A stretch of DNA of 44,209 nucleotides from Polyangia bacterium. GTDB lineage: Bacteria > Myxococcota_A > Polyangia > Fen-1088. Position numbers and translations under genes: made by a program. The stretch spans positions 1-44,209 of the forward strand of contig DASRQT010000279.1 in the NCBI GenBank assembly GCA_035696485.1, given 5' to 3'. The notes beneath the pieces were generated by a model. That model saw only the letters and a list, made by a program, of their open reading frames with translations. It searched no databases and was not told the DNA's origin. Each line of letters opens with the position of its first letter. The first letter of the stretch is position 1. This document shows positions 17,773 to 25,959 of this stretch, one piece after another.

Positions 17773-18984
17773 ATGAAGAGATTCGTCGCCTTCTTGCTGG
17801 TGTCCTTTATTGTCGCGCCGGCCGTGGCGGCAGACAGCGTCAAGCTGGCCATCACCGGACCCTTCAGCGGCGGTTCGGCGCCGATGGGGATCTCGATGCG
17901 CGACGGCGCCAAGCTGGCCATCTCCGAGATCAACGCCGCCGGCGGCGTTTCCGTTGGCGGCGCCAAGCTGAAGATCGAGGCCATCGAGCGCGACGACGAG
18001 GCCAAGAACGAGCGCGGCGCACTGATCGCTCAAGAGCTGGCGTCGATGCCCGACCTGTCGGGCGTCATCGGCACCGTCAACACCGGCGTGGCCATGGCCG
18101 GCGACCGCCACATCAAGGAGAAGGGCATCACCAAGATCATCACCCCGGCGGCCGGTTCGGCGTCGATGAGTCAGTGGGTGGGCAAGGCGCCCGACCTGTC
18201 GATCTTCCGCTTCGCCGCCGATGACGGCATCCAGAGCGCGATGGTGGTGGAGGAGGCGATCAACCGGAAGTTCACCAAGGTCGCCATCCTCCATGACGCC
18301 ACCAACTACGGCGTCTCGGGCCGCGAAGACCTGCTCAAGCAGATCAAGAAGCAGGGCGACAAGCTGACCGTGGTGGCCACCGAGAAGTTCAACATCGGTG
18401 ACAAGGACATGACCGCGCAGCTTCTGCGCGCCAAGGCGGCCGGCGCCGAGGCCATCCTCATCTGGGCCATCGGTCCCGAGCTGGCCGCTGTCGCCAATGG
18501 CCGCGTGAAGGTCGGCATGACCGCGCCGCTCATCGGCGGCTGGACGCTGTCGATGTCCAACTTCATCGATAACGCGGGCAAGAACGGCGACGGCGCGCTG
18601 ATGCCGCAGACGTTCATCGAAGATCCCATCACGCCCAGGGCCAAGTCGTTCATCGCCGCCTACCACAAGACCTACGGCGTTACGCGCATCCCGTCGGCGG
18701 TATCGGCGGCGCAGGGCTACGACGCGGTCTACCTGTTCGCCGCCGCGGTCAAGCAGGCCGGCAGCACCGACAGCCACAAGATCAAGGCCGCGCTCGAGGA
18801 CCTGAAGGACCCGGTTCCGGGCGTGATCGCGACCTGGAAGCATCCCTACTCCAAGTGGGACGCGAACAACGTCGAGAGCCACGAGGCCTTCCGCCGCGGC
18901 AACGCCGTCATGGGCGTGGTCAAGGACGGCAGGGTCGTGTTCGCCCACGACGAAGATCGCAAGCGCCTGTCTTCTGGTAAATAG
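17773..18984 (+). CDS. ABC transporter substrate-binding protein, branched-chain amino acid (LivJ/LivK, HAAT) family
   Basis: Signal peptide, then VKLAITGPFSGGSAPMG and the type-I periplasmic binding fold pattern. First gene of a liv-type operon. Confidence 0.9.
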   Translation: MKRFVAFLLVSFIVAPAVAADSVKLAITGPFSGGSAPMGISMRDGAKLAISEINAAGGVSVGGAKLKIEAIERDDEAKNERGALIAQELASMPDLSGVIGTVNTGVAMAGDRHIKEKGITKIITPAAGSASMSQWVGKAPDLSIFRFAADDGIQSAMVVEEAINRKFTKVAILHDATNYGVSGREDLLKQIKKQGDKLTVVATEKFNIGDKDMTAQLLRAKAAGAEAILIWAIGPELAAVANGRVKVGMTAPLIGGWTLSMSNFIDNAGKNGDGALMPQTFIEDPITPRAKSFIAAYHKTYGVTRIPSAVSAAQGYDAVYLFAAAVKQAGSTDSHKIKAALEDLKDPVPGVIATWKHPYSKWDANNVESHEAFRRGNAVMGVVKDGRVVFAHDEDRKRLSSGK

Positions 18985-19004
18985 GGGCTGGTGAGCGCCC
19001 CGAC

Positions 19005-19892
19005 TTGACCCCGATCGTGACCCCGATACTGGCCCAGCTCGCCGTCAGCGGGGCTTTGATCGGCCTCGTCTACGCGCTTATCGCCTACGGGTTTCAGCTC
19101 ACCTTCGCCACCAGCAAGAGCATCAACTTCGGCCAGGGCGAGCTGGTCATGGTGTCGGCGTTCTTCTCGCTGACGCTGATCACATGGGGTGTTCCCTACT
19201 GGCTGGTGGTTCCCGCGGGCTTGCTGTTCGGGGCAGCGCTGGGGTTATTCGTCGAGCGCGCGGCGGTGCGGCTGGCGCTGGAGCAAAAGGGCGAAGGCTG
19301 GATCCTGCTCACCATCATCCTGGGCCTCTTCCTCAATTCGGTGGCCGAGAACGTCTGGGGCCGTGACGACCGACCGTTCCCCACGCCGATCTCGTCGGAC
19401 GCGCTGCACGTGCTGGGCGTGAACGTGACCCCGGTCGAGCTGTCGGTGGCCATCGGCGTGTTTGCTGTCATGGGCCTCATCGAGATCTTCAAGCGCAAGA
19501 CGCTGGTCGGGAAGGCCTTCGAGGCCATCTCGGCCGACCGCGACGCCGGCCAGCTGATGGGCATCTCCGCCACCGGGACCGTGATGCTGTCCTACGCGCT
19601 GTCGGGCATGGTGGCGGCGCTGGCGGGCATCCTGGTCTCCCCGATCACCACCGTCGGACCCACCATGGCCTCGGCGCTGATCCTGAAGGCCTTCTCGGTG
19701 GCGGTGGTAGCCGGCCTCGAGTCGGGCTTCGGCGTTGTTGTGGTCGGTATGTTCCTGGGCGCGCTGGAGAGCCTCGCCAGCTATCAACTGGGTAGCGGCT
19801 GGCGGGAAGCGCCCGGCCTCGTCCTCCTCATCCTGGCTCTGGCCGTTCGCCCCGCCGGCGTGTTCGGCAAGGCGACCATCCGCAAGATCTAG
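19005..19892 (+). CDS. livH: Branched-chain amino acid ABC transporter permease (LivH-like)
   Basis: GLVYALIAYGFQLTFATSKSINFGQGELVM and multi-TM LivH pattern. TTG start at 19005; the in-frame GTG at 19017 is an alternative. Confidence 0.9.
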   Translation: MTPIVTPILAQLAVSGALIGLVYALIAYGFQLTFATSKSINFGQGELVMVSAFFSLTLITWGVPYWLVVPAGLLFGAALGLFVERAAVRLALEQKGEGWILLTIILGLFLNSVAENVWGRDDRPFPTPISSDALHVLGVNVTPVELSVAIGVFAVMGLIEIFKRKTLVGKAFEAISADRDAGQLMGISATGTVMLSYALSGMVAALAGILVSPITTVGPTMASALILKAFSVAVVAGLESGFGVVVVGMFLGALESLASYQLGSGWREAPGLVLLILALAVRPAGVFGKATIRKI

Positions 19893-19906
19893 GGGGGAAC
19901 CGGGGC

Positions 19907-21868
19907 ATGGGCAAGAGACTGGCTGTCCTCCGCGGCGCCGAGCTGGTCATGCTGGCGCTGCTGGTCGCGGTGCCGCTGGCGGTTGCCAACCCGTACCTCC
20001 TGGGCCTGCTCACGCTGCTGGCCATCTACGGCATCCTGCTCATCGGGCTGGATGTCAGCGTCGGCTACCTCGGACAGGTCAACCTGGCGCAGGCGGCTTT
20101 CCTGGGTCTCGGCGCCTACACGGCCGGCATCATTGTTACGCGCGTGCACGGGGGAATCCCCCTCGCGTGTGTCGCGGCCATCGCCGTCGGCCTCTTGCTC
20201 GGCGCGCTGCTGGCGCTGCCGGCGCTGCGGCTCGAAGGGCCGCAGTTCGCGCTGGCGACGCTGAGCTTCACGGCGCTGTCGGCGACCGCGCTCAATGAGA
20301 TGGAGTGGCTGACCGGTGGCGCGCAGGGGTTGAGCCTGGTGCGGCCGCCGCTCTACGGGCACACGCTGTCGGCGCGCGAATTTTACTGGCTGTGTATGGC
20401 GCTGCTGGCGCTGGTGTGGATGGGGATGCGCAACCTCCTGGCCGGTCAATGGGGGCGCGCGTTCGAAGCACTGCGCGACAGTGCCATCGCGACCGACGCC
20501 ATGGGCGTCGGGACCTACCGGCACAAGGTGGCCGGGTTCGCGCTGGGCTCGGGACTGGGTGGGCTGGCCGGCGCGCTCTACGCGCTCAATTTCCAGTACC
20601 TGCAGCCGCAGACGTACGGGTATGAGCTGACCGTCGTCCTGCTGATGGGCGTCGTGCTGGGCGGGCGCAAGAGTCTCTGGGGAGCGTTTGTCGGCGCCTC
20701 GCTGGTCGCCCTGTTGCCGAACTTGCTGTCCAACCGCACGCTGTTCGAGACCATCTCGGTTGTCGGCCTCCTGCTCTCCATCGTGGCGGCGGTGCGCGGC
20801 CGCAGGCGCAAGACGATGTCGTGGTTTCAGGCGCTGGCCCCCGTGCTGGCCACTGCGTTCCTGGTCGGCGGCGGGTTCGCCGTGGCCAACACCGAAGATT
20901 GGCGCAAGGCCATCTTCGCGCTGATGCTGTTCTCGGTGGTCGTCGGCCTGCCGGACGGCTTGATGGGGTTTGCCTCGCGGGTTCTCTCGCGGCTTTTGCA
21001 AATCCCGCCCGAGCCGCTGCCCGAGATGACACCCCTCGAACAGGTGCTTCCCGGCAAACGTGAAGGCGCCGGCAAGCCCTTGCTGGAGCTGCGCGATCTC
21101 AAGCGCACCTTCGGCGGCGTCAAGGCGGTCGATGGCCTGTCGCTGACCGTTAGCGCCGGCCAGGTGTACGGCCTCATCGGGCCCAACGGCTCGGGCAAGA
21201 GTACGGTTGTCAATGTGGTCTCCGGCCTTTATTCGCCGACCTCCGGCACACTCTTGCTGCGCGGTCAGCCGCTGCCGCGCGGCAGCCTGCTCGATACCGC
21301 GCGCGCGGGCGTCGCGCGCACGTTCCAGAACCTGCAGCTCTTCACCGGCCTCAGCGCGCTCGAGAATGTGATGGTCGCTCTGCGCGGCGCCTATCCGCGC
21401 TCGCGATCTCTGCCCCTGGTGTTGCTGGGTTTGTGCCACGGCGAAGAACGCCGCGCGCAGGCCGATGCGCTGGCGCTGCTCGACTTCGTGGGCCTGCGCG
21501 ACCAGGCGTTGCGGCCCGCGCGCGATCTCACCTACGGCGCGCAGCGCTTCCTGGAGATCGCGCGCGCCGTGGCCCGCAAGCCGGAGATCCTGATCCTGGA
21601 CGAGCCGGCGGCAGGGCTTTCCCACCCCGACATCGTCCGGCAGATGCAGCTCATCAGGCGCGTGCACGAGCGCGGCGTGACCATCATCTTGATCGAGCAC
21701 CACATGGACGTGATCAGCGGACTGTGCGACGTGGTGTCGGTGCTGGACGGCGGCAAGATCATCGCCGAGGGAACGCCAGCCGACGTCAAACGGGACCCGC
21801 AGGTGATCGAGGCCTATCTGGGCGAAGTCGAGAAGGCCCCCGCCATTGCCACCGGGGTGGAGCCCTAG
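19907..21868 (+). CDS. Fused branched-chain amino acid ABC permease (LivM-like) and ATP-binding (LivG-like) protein
   Basis: The N-terminal 330 aa or so are a multi-TM LivM-like domain. The C-terminal part has Walker A GPNGSGKST, LTYGAQRFLEIARA, Walker B ILILDEPAAGL and ILIEHHMD, all in one uninterrupted ORF. Confidence 0.9.
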   Translation: MGKRLAVLRGAELVMLALLVAVPLAVANPYLLGLLTLLAIYGILLIGLDVSVGYLGQVNLAQAAFLGLGAYTAGIIVTRVHGGIPLACVAAIAVGLLLGALLALPALRLEGPQFALATLSFTALSATALNEMEWLTGGAQGLSLVRPPLYGHTLSAREFYWLCMALLALVWMGMRNLLAGQWGRAFEALRDSAIATDAMGVGTYRHKVAGFALGSGLGGLAGALYALNFQYLQPQTYGYELTVVLLMGVVLGGRKSLWGAFVGASLVALLPNLLSNRTLFETISVVGLLLSIVAAVRGRRRKTMSWFQALAPVLATAFLVGGGFAVANTEDWRKAIFALMLFSVVVGLPDGLMGFASRVLSRLLQIPPEPLPEMTPLEQVLPGKREGAGKPLLELRDLKRTFGGVKAVDGLSLTVSAGQVYGLIGPNGSGKSTVVNVVSGLYSPTSGTLLLRGQPLPRGSLLDTARAGVARTFQNLQLFTGLSALENVMVALRGAYPRSRSLPLVLLGLCHGEERRAQADALALLDFVGLRDQALRPARDLTYGAQRFLEIARAVARKPEILILDEPAAGLSHPDIVRQMQLIRRVHERGVTIILIEHHMDVISGLCDVVSVLDGGKIIAEGTPADVKRDPQVIEAYLGEVEKAPAIATGVEP

Positions 21869-22585
21869 ATGCTGGTCGTCACGGATCTGCATGCCGGGTA
21901 CGGCCTCGGCGAGGTGCTCGACGGAACCACGCTGACCGTCAAGGCCGGCACGGTCGTGGCGCTGATCGGCGCCAACGGCGCCGGCAAGACCACCACCATG
22001 CGCGCCATCTGCGGCCTGATCCGGCCCAGCAAGGGGAGCGTCACGCTGGACGGAAAGCCGGTGCACCACCTGCCGCCGTCCCGGATCGCGCGCCTTGGCC
22101 TTTCGCACGCGCCCGAGGGCCGGCGCGTCTTCGGGCCGCTGTCGGTCGAGGACAACTTGCTACTGGGGGCCTACCGGTGGCTGCCGCATTTCTTCCGCTA
22201 CCGCCGCCGCGCCGCCGCCGATCTCGTTCGCGTCTACAAGCTGTTCCCGCGCCTCCACGAACGTCGCCCGCAGCAGGCCGGGACGCTCTCGGGTGGCGAG
22301 CAGCAGATGCTGGCCATCGGTCGCGCGTTGATGGCCCGCCCCAAGGTGATGCTGCTCGACGAGCCGTCGATGGGCCTCGCGCCGATCGTCGTGCAAGAGG
22401 TCTTCCGCACCATCGCGCGCCTGAAACAGGAAGGCATGACCATCCTTCTGGTCGAACAATTCGCCAGGGCCGCCCTGTCAGTGGCCGACTACGCCTACGT
22501 CATGGAGCGCGGCCGCATCGCCGTCGAGGGCACGCCCGCTGAACTTCACAAGAACCAGAAGGTCCTGGCCGCGTATCTCGGCTAG
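21869..22585 (+). CDS. livF: Branched-chain amino acid ABC transporter ATP-binding protein (LivF-like)
   Basis: Walker A GANGAGKTT, LSGGEQQMLAIGRAL, MLLDEPSMGLAP. The ATG directly follows the upstream TAG. Confidence 0.95.
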   Translation: MLVVTDLHAGYGLGEVLDGTTLTVKAGTVVALIGANGAGKTTTMRAICGLIRPSKGSVTLDGKPVHHLPPSRIARLGLSHAPEGRRVFGPLSVEDNLLLGAYRWLPHFFRYRRRAAADLVRVYKLFPRLHERRPQQAGTLSGGEQQMLAIGRALMARPKVMLLDEPSMGLAPIVVQEVFRTIARLKQEGMTILLVEQFARAALSVADYAYVMERGRIAVEGTPAELHKNQKVLAAYLG

Positions 22586-22699
22586 ACGTGGGATCGGGAC
22601 GAGGATGTGGCGTAAACTCGGGGTCGTGGCGTTCCAGACCTGCCGGTATGCGTCGTGATTGAAGGCCGTCATTTCCCCCGCCGCCGTTCGCCTGTAAGG

Positions 22700-23572
22700 A
22701 TGCGCTCGTTCTCTCGATACGGTTTCTTGTACCTGGCGACGCTGCTGGTCGCTTGCTCGTCGGACCCTCCTTTTTCTGGGAATGACGGTGGGGGGGCGTG
22801 GACGGGCAAACCGCTCAGCGCCTGCGACGAAAGTCCGAAAGCGCAGCCGGGCGCTCGTACGATCGTGACGGTGGTTGTTGACCCGACTTATGCCGGCAAG
22901 CCGGTGGTCTTCGGTGAACTGTTCGCATTGCCGAATGGCGGAACCCTGACCGTCAGCAACTTTCGCTTTTTCGCCTCCGACCTTCAGGTGGTGATTGCTG
23001 GCGGCCAACTCGTCGCCGTCGACATCGTCGCGCCCGACGGCAAGCCGGTTCCCTACAACGTCCATCTCGTCAATGCGGCGAGCGCCTCGGAGATGACGTT
23101 CCAGCTCGCGGTTCCAGCCGGCGACTACACGGGTATGTCCCTTATCTTCGGTCTCAACGACGCATGCATCCGCCGCGATCCGAGCGTCAGCAAGCCGCCG
23201 CTCACCTACCAGTCGCAGATGACTTGGCCGCCGCCCTTCGGCTTTCTCTTCCTCAGGTACGAGAGCAAGGTCACGGGCGCAACCGGTCCGGACGCGCCCC
23301 TGGCGGCAGTGGCCGTGGGTGGGTTCCCTGGCTATGTCTTTGCGCCTCGGATTCAAGCGCCTGGCGCTTTTCAAGTGGCGGGCACCTCCGGTATCACCGT
23401 TCACCTTCGGGTAGCGCTCGATGAGATGTTCAAGGCCGCGTTGCTCCCGTTCGATCCCATCACGGCAGCCCCGCCGATCCCCGGCCCACCGGGCACCGAA
23501 ATAGAGGTGGGAGACCACCTGCTTAAGAACGCTGACAAGGTTTCGATCTTCTCGCTGACCGCTGGATTATGA
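22700..23572 (+). CDS. Lipoprotein, MbnP-family (copper-binding 'metallo-mystery pair' partner) candidate
   Basis: Lipobox LVAC. Segments SNFRFFASDLQVV, GLNDACIRRDP and MTWPPPFGFLFLRYE resemble MbnP-family conserved blocks as I recall them. The stop overlaps the start of the di-haem peroxidase gene (ATGA). GTG 22655 is an alternative start. Confidence 0.55.
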   Translation: MRSFSRYGFLYLATLLVACSSDPPFSGNDGGGAWTGKPLSACDESPKAQPGARTIVTVVVDPTYAGKPVVFGELFALPNGGTLTVSNFRFFASDLQVVIAGGQLVAVDIVAPDGKPVPYNVHLVNAASASEMTFQLAVPAGDYTGMSLIFGLNDACIRRDPSVSKPPLTYQSQMTWPPPFGFLFLRYESKVTGATGPDAPLAAVAVGGFPGYVFAPRIQAPGAFQVAGTSGITVHLRVALDEMFKAALLPFDPITAAPPIPGPPGTEIEVGDHLLKNADKVSIFSLTAGL

Positions 23573-24606
23573 AGAGGGGGGGAGTCGCGCGGTACGTCGC
23601 CGCCTCCCTTCTTCCTTGCCTTCTTGGCTTCCTCCCCGCGTGTACTGACGCGAGCGCCCGGCCGCTGCCTCTCACCGCGGCCGTCGCGCCCACCGGCTTT
23701 CCAGCAGGCCCGATCACCGCTAGCGCGCCCGCGGACAACGCCCTCACCGAGGCCCGCGCGCAACTCGGAAAGCGACTCTTCTTCGACACTGGCCTTTCGC
23801 GGACGGGCGACGTCGCCTGCGCCACCTGCCATCTGCAAGAGCGCGCGTTCGCGCAGGATACGGCCGTGAGCGTGGGCGTTGATGGTCGAGCCGGGACGCG
23901 GAATGCCCCCAGCCTGGCCAACCTCGCGTGGAACGACAGCCTGTTCTGGGACGGGCGCGTGCGCACGCTCGAAGAATTGACCGGCAAGCCGATCGAGAAC
24001 CCAGTCGAGATGGACTTACCGCTTGTGGAGGCCGTCGCACGCCTGACCGAAGTTGCCAGTTATGCGCAGGCGTTCGCCGAAGCGTACGGCGGCGCCCCTT
24101 CGGAGCTGAGCCTGCAACGGGCGCTGGCCAGCTTCGTTCGCACGCTGGTCAGCGCGGCCACGCCCTACGACCGATTTCTGCACGGTGACGAGCAGGCTCT
24201 GACCGCGCCGGCCCGCCGCGGCCTCGCGCTTTTCTTCAATCGGGCCGGCTGCTTCCGCTGTCACCCGCCGGGTGCGCTGACCAACGACGGCTTCTTCAAC
24301 AACGGCAGCACCGTGGAAGGGGGTGACCCTGGCAGACAGGCGATCACGAATCGCAGCGGCGATCTCGGCAAATTCAAGGTCCCTGGCCTGCGCAACGTGG
24401 CGGTGACTGCGCCCTACATGCACGACGGGTCACTGCCGACCCTGGAGGATGTCGTGGACCAATATGCCCGCGGTGGCCGCGGTGGACCCAACACCGATGT
24501 GTTGATAGCGCCGCTCGACCTCACCACCGACGAAAAAACCGACCTGATCTCCTTTCTTCGCGCGCTGACCGACGAGGCCTTCGTGCAGGATCCCCGCTAT
24601 CATTGA
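23569..24606 (+). CDS. Di-haem cytochrome c peroxidase family protein (MbnH/MauG-like)
   Basis: Two CxxCH motifs (CATCH, CFRCH). Family blocks RNAPSLANLAWN, FWDGR, FKVPGLRNV, APYMHDGS. N-terminal signal/lipobox LPAC. Confidence 0.9.
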   Translation: MKRGGVARYVAASLLPCLLGFLPACTDASARPLPLTAAVAPTGFPAGPITASAPADNALTEARAQLGKRLFFDTGLSRTGDVACATCHLQERAFAQDTAVSVGVDGRAGTRNAPSLANLAWNDSLFWDGRVRTLEELTGKPIENPVEMDLPLVEAVARLTEVASYAQAFAEAYGGAPSELSLQRALASFVRTLVSAATPYDRFLHGDEQALTAPARRGLALFFNRAGCFRCHPPGALTNDGFFNNGSTVEGGDPGRQAITNRSGDLGKFKVPGLRNVAVTAPYMHDGSLPTLEDVVDQYARGGRGGPNTDVLIAPLDLTTDEKTDLISFLRALTDEAFVQDPRYH

Positions 24607-24639
24607 CGGTGACCCGAAGCCCAGCGCGAGCTAAGGTTC

Positions 24640-25236
24640 GTGAGCATGTCCCTGTTGCCCGCGCTGCTCTCGATGGTGTTCTTGGCGGCTCCGCTCGCTG
24701 CCGTGGCCGGCGCGGTCACGTCGGCCGACGGCAGTGACTTGATCGGCAAGCTGGCGCCGCCCTGGTTGGCCACCGAATGGCTTGGCTCCCCGCCGCTCAG
24801 TCTCGCCGACCTGCGCGGAAAGGTTGTCCTGGTTCGTTGGTTCATGTCGACTGATTGCCCGTACTGCACGGCCACCGCACCTTCGCTCAATCAGCTGCAC
24901 CAAGAGTTCAAGGACCGCGGCCTGGTCGTCATCGGTATGTACCACCACAAAAATCCGGAGCCGCTTGATGCGAGGAAGGTCAGCGGCTGGGCGCACGAGT
25001 TCGGCTTCCAGTTCCCGATCGCCATCGATCGTGATTGGCGTACCCTTCACCGCTGGTGGCTCGACGGCCACAATCGAGACTTCACCAGCGTGACCTTCCT
25101 GATTGACGGCAAGGGCGTGGTGAGGCGCATTCATCCTGGCGGAACGATGGCGCCTGGCACGAAGGACTATCAGGCGATGAGGTCGACCATCGTCGATCTG
25201 CTCAGCGAGCCGAGAGGTACTCCTCGCGGACCATGA
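24640..25236 (+). CDS. Exported thioredoxin-fold thiol:disulfide oxidoreductase (TlpA/ResA/redoxin-like)
   Basis: Signal peptide, then LADLRGKVVLVRWFMSTDCPYCTATAPSL with a CPYC active site. ATG 24646 is an alternative start. Confidence 0.85.
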   Translation: MSMSLLPALLSMVFLAAPLAAVAGAVTSADGSDLIGKLAPPWLATEWLGSPPLSLADLRGKVVLVRWFMSTDCPYCTATAPSLNQLHQEFKDRGLVVIGMYHHKNPEPLDARKVSGWAHEFGFQFPIAIDRDWRTLHRWWLDGHNRDFTSVTFLIDGKGVVRRIHPGGTMAPGTKDYQAMRSTIVDLLSEPRGTPRGP

Positions 25237-25933
25237 TGCCGGTCTGGGCCAGATTCGTCGCTGACACCGTCGCGCGGTAGTCGGTGAACGCGTGGACCGC
25301 GACGTAGGTGGCAAGAAGGCTTCGTGACAGGTGTGCCACCGTGGGCTCGCCGCCCTGCGAGCTCGGCTTGCCCAGCGTGGCCGCGGCACCGCGCTCGAGC
25401 TCGGCGACGGTGTGCGCCGCCTGCTCGGGGGTGAGGTGGCGGCGCAGGGTCTGCACGTTCACCAGCTGTCCGGTTGACTGGAACTCGAAGGTCACCTCTT
25501 CCAGCGGTCCCAGGTCGCTCGACTGCCCGACGGCGGCAGCCGAGACGTCCGTGCATCGCTGCAGGGTCTCATTCCCCGCGATGCTGCCGCATGAAACCCT
25601 GTTACTCGACGCCCAGGCGTCGAGGTCGCTCTTGCGCGTCCTGTCCAGCGCAAAGCCCAGCGCAGGGCGTGCCGCCGCCGGCGACGCGGCGGCGGCGCGT
25701 ATCGCCGCCGCTCCCAGCGCGTGAGCCCGGTCGATCTGCTCCGGCGTCCCACGCATGATCGGGCAGACTGACCCGGGGAAGATCGTCCGCAGGATCGGCG
25801 CCGCGAACGGGAAATGCAGCGCCCCGATGATCCCCGTCAACACCGCCGTCCCGGCGGCCACACGCAGGAAGATTCGAACCACGCGGTGCCGCCTCGGGGA
25901 AGCGGCGTCTGGCGATGAAGAAGAGCTGTTCAT
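25202..25933 (-). CDS. Hypothetical single-pass membrane-anchored protein
   Basis: The ATG at 25933 is preceded by GGGAGA. It has one TM (VAAGTAVLTGIIGALHF) and lies 26 nt downstream of the globin-like lipoprotein gene. Its 3' end overlaps the convergent TlpA-like gene by 35 nt. Confidence 0.6.
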   Translation of the reverse strand: MNSSSSSPDAASPRRHRVVRIFLRVAAGTAVLTGIIGALHFPFAAPILRTIFPGSVCPIMRGTPEQIDRAHALGAAAIRAAAASPAAARPALGFALDRTRKSDLDAWASSNRVSCGSIAGNETLQRCTDVSAAAVGQSSDLGPLEEVTFEFQSTGQLVNVQTLRRHLTPEQAAHTVAELERGAAATLGKPSSQGGEPTVAHLSRSLLATYVAVHAFTDYRATVSATNLAQTGIMVREEYLSAR

Positions 25934-25959
25934 GATGATCTCCCGTCGATCCCCAGCCA

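Noticed and set aside
17755-18948. 397-aa minus-strand ORF opposite the LivJ-like binding protein gene
   Set aside because: Antisense to a gene with clear family similarity. The composition is dominated by Gly/Arg/Asp/Leu/Val, which is typical of shadow ORFs.
19889-22108. 739-aa minus-strand ORF spanning the livMG / livF region
   Set aside because: It is antisense to genes with unmistakable ABC motifs. The translation is Arg/Gln/His/Gly/Asp-rich low-complexity sequence with no recognisable domain. Long antisense ORFs are expected in GC-rich DNA.
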